Shown here: piece by piece, positions 8,098 to 16,725 of the stretch | How positions within the stretch are numbered: the first letter of the stretch is position 1 | Layout of the letters: each line of letters begins with the position of its first letter | Assembly: GCA_046497275.1 (NCBI GenBank) | Contig: JAWOFX010000111.1 | Location: 1 to 32,000 of the forward strand | Length of the DNA: 32,000 bases | Direction of reading: 5' to 3' | DNA from: Promethearchaeia archaeon | GTDB lineage: Archaea > Asgardarchaeota > Lokiarchaeia > Sigyniarchaeales > SOKP01 | Notes under the pieces: generated by a model | Seen by the model: the letters and a program-made list of their open reading frames with translations, nothing else | Told to the model about the DNA's origin: nothing | Database searches by the model: none | Program-made: the position numbers and the translations under genes

Positions 8098-9723
8098 TTA
8101 TTCATTGATTCGTTCGTAGATATCTCCAACTGCATCGTAAATGTTGAGATATTCTTTAAATAATTTTTCGTAGAGTGCTCTATTTTTGGGATTTGGAGTA
8201 AATATCTTAGAAAATTCAATATGTTTTGGAATGTGCTCCCATTCAGTGTACCCAAGACCAACAGCCGCAATAAAGGCAGCTCCACGAGCATTTGCTTGTA
8301 TTGGGTTTTTCACTTGCTTTATTTTTCTGTCAAGCACATCTGCAAAGATTTGACACCATATATCTGATGAGCCTCCCCCTCCAATAATATTCAGTTCTGG
8401 CATTATTTTTCCATTCACGATTCTTCCGGGTTCTTCTTTCTTTACCCATTTTTCAATGAATTTCTCAACATAGATTAATAGCCATTTGATATTATAAGCA
8501 ACTCCTTCAAAAATCGCTCGTATGATGTGTTCTCTATTCATTTCTAATGAAAGGTTATATAATCCTCCACGGATCGTATGATCATCTATAGGTGCTCTTT
8601 CTCCCACCAACCAAGGTGTAAAAATAAGTCCATTCGATCCAGCTGGAGTTTCTGCTACGATTTTGTCAAATATTTTATACACATCTGGGACTGCCTCTTC
8701 TTGTAATAATTCATCCTTATGGTATAGAATGTTATCTCTCAGATAAGTTAACGCTCCCCCTGCAATTTCTTGTTCGTTGATTAACATATATTTTCCGGGA
8801 ATCGCAGAAGGCACACTTGCCATATTATGGAATATATCGGTCTTTTTATATGGTACATGACAACCGATCCAATCAGAGGTTCCGATATAGATATGACCGT
8901 CGTAATTTTTTATTGCTCCAGATCCAATATCTGCGGAATGAAGATCTGGGGCTCCCATAACAACTTTTGTCTCTTTTTCAAGCCCTAACTCATCTGCTAC
9001 CTCCGAATCTACGTTTCCTAACACATCGGTCGACCATTTAAGATCTTGAGGGAGTTTTTCTTTTTCAATTTTCAGTTTTTTAATGAGTTTATCAGAATAT
9101 TTAATATTATTAATATCTCTCACATCTGTGACCCAATGCATTTGAATAGTAGCAAACGATGATGCAATCTTGCCCGTAAGCTTATAATTAACATAATCTT
9201 GTGGTTCTAGGAATTTATAAGTCTTATTATAGATCTCTGGTTTTTCATTTTGTAACCAAGTAATATTGGAAATAGGGTCCTTACCATTTAGAGAAGGACC
9301 TCCAGAAGTTCTCTTTATCCATGTGAGCATCTTAAAAATATTGTACCCATCTATTTGTAATAACCCTTTATGGAATTCTTTCGCATATTTAGCTGCTCTG
9401 GTATCCATCCATATTATAGCATTAGTGAGAGACATTCCATCTTTATCAATTGGAACTGTGCCACTCCATTGACTAGAGTTACACACTCCTACGATATCCT
9501 CAACAGGTATATCACAATCGTCAATCACTTTTTTAGAGGCCTTTTTAATTGCAATCCACCAATCATCAGGAACTTGCTCGGCTAAACCACCTTTGCCTGT
9601 GATAAGATCAACTGGCTCAAAAGCCCAATTTACAACATCTCCGTGAGTGGAAACTATGGCGCACTTAGGGCCACCAGTGCCGTGGTCGATTGCTAAAATA
9701 TATTTTTTTTCTTTAATAGACAT
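8098..9723 (-). CDS. FGGY-family carbohydrate kinase (xylulokinase-like)
   Basis: ILAIDHGTGGPK, EQVPDDWW, SQWSGTVPID, AIIWMDTRA, PWLVGERAP, RAIFEGVAY and IIGGGGSSDIWCQIFAD. Confidence 0.9.
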   Translation of the reverse strand: MSIKEKKYILAIDHGTGGPKCAIVSTHGDVVNWAFEPVDLITGKGGLAEQVPDDWWIAIKKASKKVIDDCDIPVEDIVGVCNSSQWSGTVPIDKDGMSLTNAIIWMDTRAAKYAKEFHKGLLQIDGYNIFKMLTWIKRTSGGPSLNGKDPISNITWLQNEKPEIYNKTYKFLEPQDYVNYKLTGKIASSFATIQMHWVTDVRDINNIKYSDKLIKKLKIEKEKLPQDLKWSTDVLGNVDSEVADELGLEKETKVVMGAPDLHSADIGSGAIKNYDGHIYIGTSDWIGCHVPYKKTDIFHNMASVPSAIPGKYMLINEQEIAGGALTYLRDNILYHKDELLQEEAVPDVYKIFDKIVAETPAGSNGLIFTPWLVGERAPIDDHTIRGGLYNLSLEMNREHIIRAIFEGVAYNIKWLLIYVEKFIEKWVKKEEPGRIVNGKIMPELNIIGGGGSSDIWCQIFADVLDRKIKQVKNPIQANARGAAFIAAVGLGYTEWEHIPKHIEFSKIFTPNPKNRALYEKLFKEYLNIYDAVGDIYERINE

Positions 9724-9809
9724 AGTTAATATTAATTTAGTACAGATTAATTATATTGTTTATTAATTCATTTTTATTTTAATAAGTTTAACTAAAATGG
9801 AAAGATGTT

Positions 9810-10532
9810 ATGATTGATGTAATCACATTTGATCTATGGAATACAATTATTGATAATAAGAGTTATAAGAATGTAAGAGTGAAGATTCTACAAGATTCTT
9901 TAACTCAAAAGGGACTTAATATTAATTTAAACGATATTGAGAGGACTTATGAAGAGACATTTCACAGATTTAGTTACAATTCAGAATTAAATGAACATAG
10001 GCATATTTATAATAGAAATAGACTTGAAAACTTTTTCAAATCTTATAATTTGGATATATTTTCATTAGAAACCAAGAAATTGATAAATACATTTGAGAGT
10101 TATATGTTAAATGATCCACCAACTTTAAAGGAGGATGCTTATGAAGTTTTACATGAATTATCAAAAACGTATAAAATTGGATTAATATCAGATACGGGAG
10201 TAACACCAGGACGCATCATCAAAAAGATGTTTCAAAATTATGGAGTTTTAAAATTTTTTAGCGCCACTATATTTTCTGATGAAGTAGGGTATTATAAACC
10301 AAATCCTATAATTTTTAATATAGCCCTAAAAACAATAGGTGGAGCTGCCGAAAACGCTGTTCACATAGGAGATTTATTGGAAACTGATATTAAAGGAGCG
10401 AATGATGCTGGTATGCATACAGTTTGGATAAAAAATAATTACAACGCAAAGAAAAATGAAATAAAACCTGACTATATTATAAACAATCTTTCGGAGCTGT
10501 TAAGCTGTATTGATCAGATTAATAAGATATAA
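9810..10532 (+). CDS. HAD-superfamily hydrolase (subfamily IA)
   Basis: Motif I FDLWNT, motif II ISDT, YKPNPIIF and motif IV HIGDLLETDIKGA. Confidence 0.9.
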   Translation: MIDVITFDLWNTIIDNKSYKNVRVKILQDSLTQKGLNINLNDIERTYEETFHRFSYNSELNEHRHIYNRNRLENFFKSYNLDIFSLETKKLINTFESYMLNDPPTLKEDAYEVLHELSKTYKIGLISDTGVTPGRIIKKMFQNYGVLKFFSATIFSDEVGYYKPNPIIFNIALKTIGGAAENAVHIGDLLETDIKGANDAGMHTVWIKNNYNAKKNEIKPDYIINNLSELLSCIDQINKI

Positions 10533-10585
10533 GAAAAAGAATATTAAATTAAAATTATTATTGATTTTGTATTTAATTTTTTGTT

Positions 10586-10726
10586 TTAGATGAATATTGT
10601 GAAAACTAATAGCAAAATAAAAGCAATAGCGATACCAAGAATTACCGTAAAATAAACAGCTTTAAAATAATTCCAGATTTTCCATTTATTCTTCTTTATT
10701 GAAACCCAAATTTTATCTTTGTCCAT
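10586..10726 (-). CDS. 46-aa single-TM (tail-anchored) microprotein
   Basis: Not in the ORF track. Manual translation: MDKDKIWVSIKKNKWKIWNYFKAVYFTVILGIAIAFILLLVFTIFI*. A GGAGGT SD lies 8 nt upstream of the ATG, the ORF starts 17 nt after the preceding stop, and it has a C-terminal hydrophobic helix. Confidence 0.7.
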   Translation of the reverse strand: MDKDKIWVSIKKNKWKIWNYFKAVYFTVILGIAIAFILLLVFTIFI

Positions 10727-10734
10727 TTTATTTA

Positions 10735-10740
10735 ACCTCC
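10735..10740 (-). promoter_or_regulatory. Shine-Dalgarno site (GGAGGT) of the 46-aa microprotein
   Basis: acctcc on the + strand; 8-nt spacer to the ATG at 10726. Confidence 0.65.
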
Positions 10741-10743
10741 AAG

Positions 10744-10875
10744 TCAGATAAAAAAGTGATATGCATATATTGTGAATGGTAAAATCACTAGAAATCCAAC
10801 AGCAATCATGATAATCACATCAATAATAAATTTCTGCTTTTGTGTAAGTTCTTTTGGTCTCTCTTCTTCACTCAT
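10744..10875 (-). CDS. 43-aa single-TM (tail-anchored) microprotein
   Basis: Not in the ORF track. Manual translation: MSEEERPKELTQKQKFIIDVIIMIAVGFLVILPFTIYAYHFFI*. The ATG is 2 nt after the upstream stop, and an AGGTGG SD is embedded in the last codons (ATA GGT GGT TAA) of the upstream gene. Confidence 0.7.
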   Translation of the reverse strand: MSEEERPKELTQKQKFIIDVIIMIAVGFLVILPFTIYAYHFFI

Positions 10876-10877
10876 TT

Positions 10878-12362
10878 TTAACCACCTATTATTGCATTTG
10901 CATAGTTAATTAGTCCTGGGGCGCTGAATTTTGCCATCCTTATCTCACTTTTAGAAAAGAATGCAAGTCCAACAATCCAAGGAAGATCCCTTCTAATCGG
11001 ATTAGTATAATATGAAACATAGACTTCATCCCCCACTATTGCTACTCCGGTATACGCTGTATCACCATTACTGGGTAAATCAAAAAGATGTATAAGACGA
11101 TCTTCCTTTACTTCATATATTGTGGTTCTTTTTCTACCCAAATGGTTGCCAACCAACCCCGGTCCTAAATGATTTCTTCCGGCAGCGAAGATTCTTGTTT
11201 CATTTTCAGCATCAACCAATTTGAACAATCTAGCACCATCTAGTCTTGTTTGAAAATCTGCATGATGACTCCATTTCGTAAGATTATGATAAGATGTAGC
11301 AATTATGGTCCCTGCATGGGGTGTGCCAAACTCATACCCCGTCCAACTACTCATAGCCCCGACTCTAAGAGTAGAAATAATCTCTCCATTAGGTAAAAAT
11401 TCTATGCATGGTTCTCCGCTAGGATAAGTGTCATATACCACTGAAACCTCCTTCCAATCAATTCCATTACGACTTTCTAATAATAAAGTCATCCAGGTTT
11501 CGTTTTTCTGTCCGAATGCCGTTACATACCAAGTGTTATTATCATTAGTTATAGGTTCAGTTCTTCCAAAGATCCAACCTACTTCCATTTCCCAATTCTC
11601 ATCATAGGAGACGTTTACTTTCACTTCTGTTGGTTCACTCCAAGATATCATATCATTACTAGAAGTGTAATATGTAGTGTTAGGTTCTGGGTCGAATAGA
11701 AAGTTAGGAAGGAAATAGACGAAAAGTGTTCCATTTATTTCTGTTAGAAGTGGATCTCTTACATCATTGTGACCCGGTCCTTTAATCGAAGCAATTCTTT
11801 CCCAGCTTCCAGCAGAAGCATCTGGTGAACGTTCAATAACTAGTTCTCCATCTAAATCCTGAAGATGCCATTTCGAATTTTGATATATGCAATAAAAACT
11901 GTTATTCCAATAATATAAATCTGTATTAGATTTATGGTGCTTTTCTATTTGACTTCCAGGAGGGATAGCCGTCCAAGTTTCTAATTGAATCATAGGATCT
12001 ACACTATAAGATGGCGGTAATCGTATATAATAATAGGAGAGCATTACACCAAGTAGCGCGGTAAGACTTATGAATAATGCCATCAGAAATATACCTGTAT
12101 TCGTAAGAAGCTTTTTAATCTTCCCTATTCTGGTTGAGGTAGATTTTATTGTAAACACTCTGTCATGTAGAAATACAAAAATTAAACCTAATAATCCAAG
12201 AAACATCAAAAGACCAAACGCAATAGCTCCAAAAAATACAAGATTAAATGGTCCAGAATTCGCAATTTTTAGCGTATTCGCAATCCCGGTTAATATCATC
12301 AATATTATCGAGATAAGGATCAAAATTAATGGTTTTTTAATTTTTTCTATAAAAGTTCTCAT
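10878..12362 (-). CDS. Membrane-anchored (3 N-terminal TM) exo-alpha-sialidase-like/BNR Asp-box beta-propeller protein
   Basis: Three hydrophobic helices, then HKSNTDLYYWNNSFY, DVRDPLL, Asp-box-like SPDASAGSW / TSSNDMISW / ESRNGIDW / TSYHNLTKW, and GDTAYTG. Eight N-x-S/T sequons occur in the soluble part. Confidence 0.65.
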   Translation of the reverse strand: MRTFIEKIKKPLILILISIILMILTGIANTLKIANSGPFNLVFFGAIAFGLLMFLGLLGLIFVFLHDRVFTIKSTSTRIGKIKKLLTNTGIFLMALFISLTALLGVMLSYYYIRLPPSYSVDPMIQLETWTAIPPGSQIEKHHKSNTDLYYWNNSFYCIYQNSKWHLQDLDGELVIERSPDASAGSWERIASIKGPGHNDVRDPLLTEINGTLFVYFLPNFLFDPEPNTTYYTSSNDMISWSEPTEVKVNVSYDENWEMEVGWIFGRTEPITNDNNTWYVTAFGQKNETWMTLLLESRNGIDWKEVSVVYDTYPSGEPCIEFLPNGEIISTLRVGAMSSWTGYEFGTPHAGTIIATSYHNLTKWSHHADFQTRLDGARLFKLVDAENETRIFAAGRNHLGPGLVGNHLGRKRTTIYEVKEDRLIHLFDLPSNGDTAYTGVAIVGDEVYVSYYTNPIRRDLPWIVGLAFFSKSEIRMAKFSAPGLINYANAIIGG

Positions 12363-12509
12363 GCTAAATCATTTTTATAAATTTTAATTAAATTGTATTT
12401 GATTGAACCTTCTATTTAAAAATTTATACGAATTATATCTGATAACTATAGATTTTAAGAGTATGGTTTCTTTACAAAGTTTATTAAAAATTATTTTATA
12501 TTATAAGAA

Positions 12510-13313
12510 ATGAATTTCATATCTGAAGATATTAGGATGGAAGGAACTAAAATTCATTTTTATGAGAGCGAAAATGACAAAGAACCAATTCTATTACTGC
12601 ATGGAGGTATGGATAATGGGCTATGTTGGGCGAATATTGCGGAAAAATTGAGTGATCAATATCATTTAATTATGCCTGATGCTCGAGGCCACGGGTTAAC
12701 TGAAACACTGGATAATGATTGGACTTATGATGCAATGGCTGAGGATATAAAAAATATTATCGATTTCCTTGAACTTGAACGAGTAAACCTTATTGGACAT
12801 TCGATGGGGGGAAATATTGGCGCGAAAGTAGCTCAAAAATATCCAAGTTTAGTAAAAAAGTTGATTTTAGAGGAACCTGGATTTGTGGTTGGAGAATTTT
12901 CTTGGTTTAAGAAATTATTCTACAAATTGGTAATGAAACTGTATCTTAAACTTCTTTTGAGAGGAAATCTTGATAAAATCTATCGAAAAGGAAAAAAACA
13001 GAATCCTACATGGCCAGAAGAAGAATTTGAACCGTGGGCAAGATCTAAAATTCAATTTAAGAAGCAAAACCCGAAAAAGTTACTCAATGCATTGAATAAT
13101 CCCTATGATTGGAAAGAAGTTGTGAAAGGAATAGAGTGTCCAACACTCCTTTTAACGGGGGAGGATGGGATAGTGGGAGATGAATTTGCTAAAAAAGTAT
13201 TAGAAGTAAACAATAATTTTAAATGGGTAAAAATTGAAGGCGCAGGACATAATATAAGAAGAGAAAACCCTGAAGATTTTCTTTCAGCTGTTAAATTCTT
13301 TCTCCAAGATTGA
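12510..13313 (+). CDS. Alpha/beta-hydrolase (esterase/lipase-like)
   Basis: LLLHG, PDARGHG, nucleophile elbow GHSMGG and C-terminal GAGH (catalytic His). Confidence 0.92.
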   Translation: MNFISEDIRMEGTKIHFYESENDKEPILLLHGGMDNGLCWANIAEKLSDQYHLIMPDARGHGLTETLDNDWTYDAMAEDIKNIIDFLELERVNLIGHSMGGNIGAKVAQKYPSLVKKLILEEPGFVVGEFSWFKKLFYKLVMKLYLKLLLRGNLDKIYRKGKKQNPTWPEEEFEPWARSKIQFKKQNPKKLLNALNNPYDWKEVVKGIECPTLLLTGEDGIVGDEFAKKVLEVNNNFKWVKIEGAGHNIRRENPEDFLSAVKFFLQD

Positions 13314-13499
13314 TTAAGTTTTTCTCAAATTAGATGTTCTTTTAAATTTATTTTTGGTCCAAATTTAGATTCCGAATCATTATGCGAATCATTATTCAGT
13401 ATTAACAGAGGGGACAATAACTGGACTTCTATTATAATTTATCTTATTTTTCACATACTTATTTAAAAATGGTTAATTTATTTTATGTGAAAGAAAATT

Positions 13500-14453
13500 A
13501 TGTTAAAGCAAGATTTTGTTGAAAAAGATCAAGAAAAAGGCTTCAATATCCGTGATAAATTAAAAGCATATGTCGATTTAACAAGACTACATTTTGCTAT
13601 CGTTTGGCCTTTACTTTTCTGTACGGGATTAATGTTAGCATTTAGAGATAATAATTTTTTCTCTTGGAATTTAATTATCATAGTAGCGCTTATTGGTTTA
13701 TTTGGATTTGAAGCAGGTATGGTTTTGAATGATATTATTGATAGAAATTTGGATAAATTGGATGTGGATAAAAAAAATCTTACTAATTATTGGAGACCTT
13801 TTAAGCAAAGACCAATTCCTGCGGGAAAAGTTTCCTATAGGGAAGCGATTGCACTCTTTTCAATTTTTGTGATCATAAGTATTATCCTCATCGCAATCCT
13901 ACCCTTTCCTAATTCACTATTCATTTACGGGTTTATGGTGTATGGTTATGGCATGGAAATATTTTACCAGATTAAAAAAAGAGATCAAAAATATCCAATC
14001 GCACAATTATTAGGGCGTACTGATTTAACTTTTTTTCTTGTTGCAGGTTATCTATGCTATGGAAATTTAGACCCAACTATCCTATTTTTAGTACTTTTTC
14101 TCTATCCTTGGGCGCAACTACATCTCGGAGTTAATGATATTATTGACTTGGAAAATGATGAGGCGAAAAATCTTAAAACAGTCACGGTTCTATATGGAAT
14201 AAAAGGCAATATTATTTGGATTTTAGGGTTTTCAATAATTCATCTGATAACTGCTTCACTATTCTTGATTTTTGAGCTTGGTGTAATTGCCCTATATGGG
14301 TTTTCACTTTCATTTTTACTTATAGGAATTGCAAATACATTCTTACTAGTAAAAAAGACCTCTAAAGCAGCTTTGAAGGTTTTACCTCTAATCCATGCTT
14401 CTCTATTAATCTACTGTCTTTCAATCATCCTTGATTCGATTTTTATTCTATAA
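13500..14453 (+). CDS. UbiA-family prenyltransferase (DGGGP synthase-like)
   Basis: Asp-rich motifs NDIIDRNLD and NDIIDLEND, RPIPAG, KTVTVLYG, and about 8-9 TM helices. Confidence 0.85.
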   Translation: MLKQDFVEKDQEKGFNIRDKLKAYVDLTRLHFAIVWPLLFCTGLMLAFRDNNFFSWNLIIIVALIGLFGFEAGMVLNDIIDRNLDKLDVDKKNLTNYWRPFKQRPIPAGKVSYREAIALFSIFVIISIILIAILPFPNSLFIYGFMVYGYGMEIFYQIKKRDQKYPIAQLLGRTDLTFFLVAGYLCYGNLDPTILFLVLFLYPWAQLHLGVNDIIDLENDEAKNLKTVTVLYGIKGNIIWILGFSIIHLITASLFLIFELGVIALYGFSLSFLLIGIANTFLLVKKTSKAALKVLPLIHASLLIYCLSIILDSIFIL

Positions 14454-14634
14454 AAAATACATAATATCCAAATTTAATTTTTTTTTTCCTTTTCTAATTT
14501 TCACTTATTATTATGATATAATATCCTAACCTACCTTTTTTATATCAAAATAATAAAAATTAATTAGAGCAATTTATTCTGACTTATAGTAATGATTTTT
14601 AAATTAACAAAATATAAACAGTGAGGAGATTATT

Positions 14635-15426
14635 GTGAAGAAGGTATTAACTATCGCAGGTTCAGATAGTGGTGGAGGGGCTGGGATTCAAGCGGATTTG
14701 AAGTCATTTGCTGCTCGAGGGGTCTATGGGATGAGCGCAATTACAGCTTTGACTGCTCAAAATACTATTGGTGTGCAAGCAATATTTGAAATAAGTGCTG
14801 ATTTTGTTGCAAAGCAAATAGATTCCGTGATGAGTGATATAGGGGCTGATGCGTGGAAAACGGGCATGCTCTCTAATGCTGAAATAATTCATGTAGTAGT
14901 AAATAAAACAAAACAGTATAATATTCAAAAATTAATTGTGGATCCAGTAATGGTTGCGAAAAGTGGCGATTCTCTTTTGCGAACAGAAGCCCAAGAGGCT
15001 TTAATAAAGCAACTCTTACCGTTATCCTACATATTAACTCCAAATCATCATGAAGCTGAAGTTTTAACGGGGGAAGAAATTAAAAACCTCAAAGAGGCTG
15101 AAGAGGCTGCTATTCAAATTCATAAAATGGGGGTTGCGAATGTGGTTGTTAAAGGTGGTCATATACCCGGTATCTCAGAGGCGATTGATGTGCTATATGA
15201 TGGTAAAAAAATCACACATATAAGCGCTCCAAGATTAGATACTGAAAATACCCACGGAACTGGATGCACATATGCCTCTTCGATCGCAGCCGAGATAGCT
15301 AAGGGGAATGATTTTATTGAGGCGGTAAGAATTGCTAAGGAATATATAACCGAAGCTATCAGAAGTGCAATTCACTTAGGGATAGGTAATGGACACGGAC
15401 CTTTAAACCATTTTTTTACAAAATAA
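14635..15426 (+). CDS. thiD: Hydroxymethylpyrimidine/phosphomethylpyrimidine kinase (no ThiN fusion)
   Basis: LTIAGSDSGGGAGIQADLK, ITALTAQNT, KTGML, VDPVMVAKSG, TPNHHEA, KGGH, THGTGCT and GHGPLNH. GTG start with a GAGGAG SD at 14623-14628. Confidence 0.95.
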   Translation: MKKVLTIAGSDSGGGAGIQADLKSFAARGVYGMSAITALTAQNTIGVQAIFEISADFVAKQIDSVMSDIGADAWKTGMLSNAEIIHVVVNKTKQYNIQKLIVDPVMVAKSGDSLLRTEAQEALIKQLLPLSYILTPNHHEAEVLTGEEIKNLKEAEEAAIQIHKMGVANVVVKGGHIPGISEAIDVLYDGKKITHISAPRLDTENTHGTGCTYASSIAAEIAKGNDFIEAVRIAKEYITEAIRSAIHLGIGNGHGPLNHFFTK

Positions 15427-15456
15427 TAAATTTAGTTAAATACTGAAAAAAATAGA

Positions 15457-15999
15457 TTATATTTCCAATATCTGCCTTCGAGTTTTGATTACTGACAATT
15501 CCTTTCTCTTAGAAAGGCTCATATATGTATCATCACCCATAACCTCAATCCTAACAATATAATCTGGATCCTCTAATTCTACAATCCCTATATCAATTTC
15601 CCTTGCTGCAGCTTCTACAATCTCATCATGAGGAATATCGGTAGCTCTTCTTCTTAATAAAACTCTCCATTTATCGTTTTCGTTTAATTCTGATTCAAAT
15701 TTGGAAGCTAATCTACTTATTTCTGATATGTCTGTTTTTAATTTATATTGAATAGGAACAATCTTTAGAACATATTCAAAAATATCTGGATCCTCTTCCA
15801 TTTTTTCTTTAATTCTTTTAAGTATTTTAGTAGGATCTTTATTAAAATGAGCTATTGAAAGACCACTTAAATGATAAACAGGGTTGACTTCTACCTCTTC
15901 ATAATCTAAGATCATTTCTAAAACATATTGAATTTCTCTAGCTGCTTGTCCTTCTTGATATCTTCGACTTGAGACCACAAATCCGGAAAATTTTTCCAT
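15457..15999 (-). CDS. Stand-alone THUMP-domain RNA-binding protein (Tan1/THUMPD1-like)
   Basis: VLKIVPIQ, WRVLLRRR, and C-terminal VELEDPDYIVRIEVMGDDTYMS, which matches the THUMP terminal pattern. Confidence 0.75.
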   Translation of the reverse strand: MEKFSGFVVSSRRYQEGQAAREIQYVLEMILDYEEVEVNPVYHLSGLSIAHFNKDPTKILKRIKEKMEEDPDIFEYVLKIVPIQYKLKTDISEISRLASKFESELNENDKWRVLLRRRATDIPHDEIVEAAAREIDIGIVELEDPDYIVRIEVMGDDTYMSLSKRKELSVIKTRRQILEI

Positions 16000-16245
16000 A
16001 TTAATAATAACAATTTCAAATTTGTTTCAATATAAAAATTTAAAATTAATGGAATTCCTTTTCATTAACCACAAAATTCTGCTTAAATTTATAATTTCTA
16101 TTTATAGTTTATTTGAATTTTAAAATCTTGCGCATATCAACAGATAAATAATAAAAATCACTTCGATCTCACTCTCTATTGTTTAAATAATAATTACTCA
16201 TAACTTTTTATATTAAAAATTCACATAGAAAAAGAGTCATAGATA

Positions 16246-16530
16246 ATGGCATTTCAATCAAAAACTAAATATTCCTGCCAACGAAAGAAGATTTTAACGG
16301 TGTTGAATTCCTATAATCCAGAAGAAAAATGTTCGATATGTGGCACTCCTCTATATTCAGCACGATTGGAATCATGGCTAGATGATATACTAGTAGATTT
16401 TAAGATCAATAATGGATTTTGCGAAAAATGTGCTCTATTTGAATATGAGTCAATTGATAAGGCAGAGATTATTTTCCAAGATGAGAGACTTAAAAAAATT
16501 TATTCAAAAGAAATAGATTGCTTTACCTGA
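16246..16530 (+). CDS. Small hypothetical protein with a CxxC-x26-CxxC putative zinc-binding motif
   Basis: 94-aa ORF with CSICG and CEKC, filling an otherwise empty intergenic space and followed by a T-rich run. Confidence 0.6.
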   Translation: MAFQSKTKYSCQRKKILTVLNSYNPEEKCSICGTPLYSARLESWLDDILVDFKINNGFCEKCALFEYESIDKAEIIFQDERLKKIYSKEIDCFT

Positions 16531-16725
16531 GCAATATTTTTTTTCTCTTTTTTTAGTAAGAAAGATCTTATTGATAAAGTAGCTTTTCGATATAATTTTA
16601 AATAGTTAATATTGACAAGTTCGTAACTCATTTCACTTAATTGAAAAATTCTTTATAGTTTTACATTTTATAATAAATAATACGAATAAAAAATTAAGAA
16701 TAAAGTACCTAATACGAGGATTAAA

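Noticed and set aside
13373-13395. Direct repeat cgaatcattat x2
   Set aside because: Only two 11-bp copies with a 1-nt spacer; not a CRISPR array or recognisable element, and likely a local duplication.
14454-14634. Possible TPP riboswitch or ThiR operator upstream of thiD
   Set aside because: No CUGAGA/ACCUG core or GC-rich stems are present. The TGATATAA…TTATATCA inverted repeat (about 19-nt spacer) is pure AT-rich sequence and not convincing.
16528-16600. TGA at the end of the 94-aa Cys protein as a selenocysteine read-through
   Set aside because: The sequence after the TGA is a T-rich terminator-like run encoding low-complexity residues, with no redox motif context and no evident SECIS hairpin.
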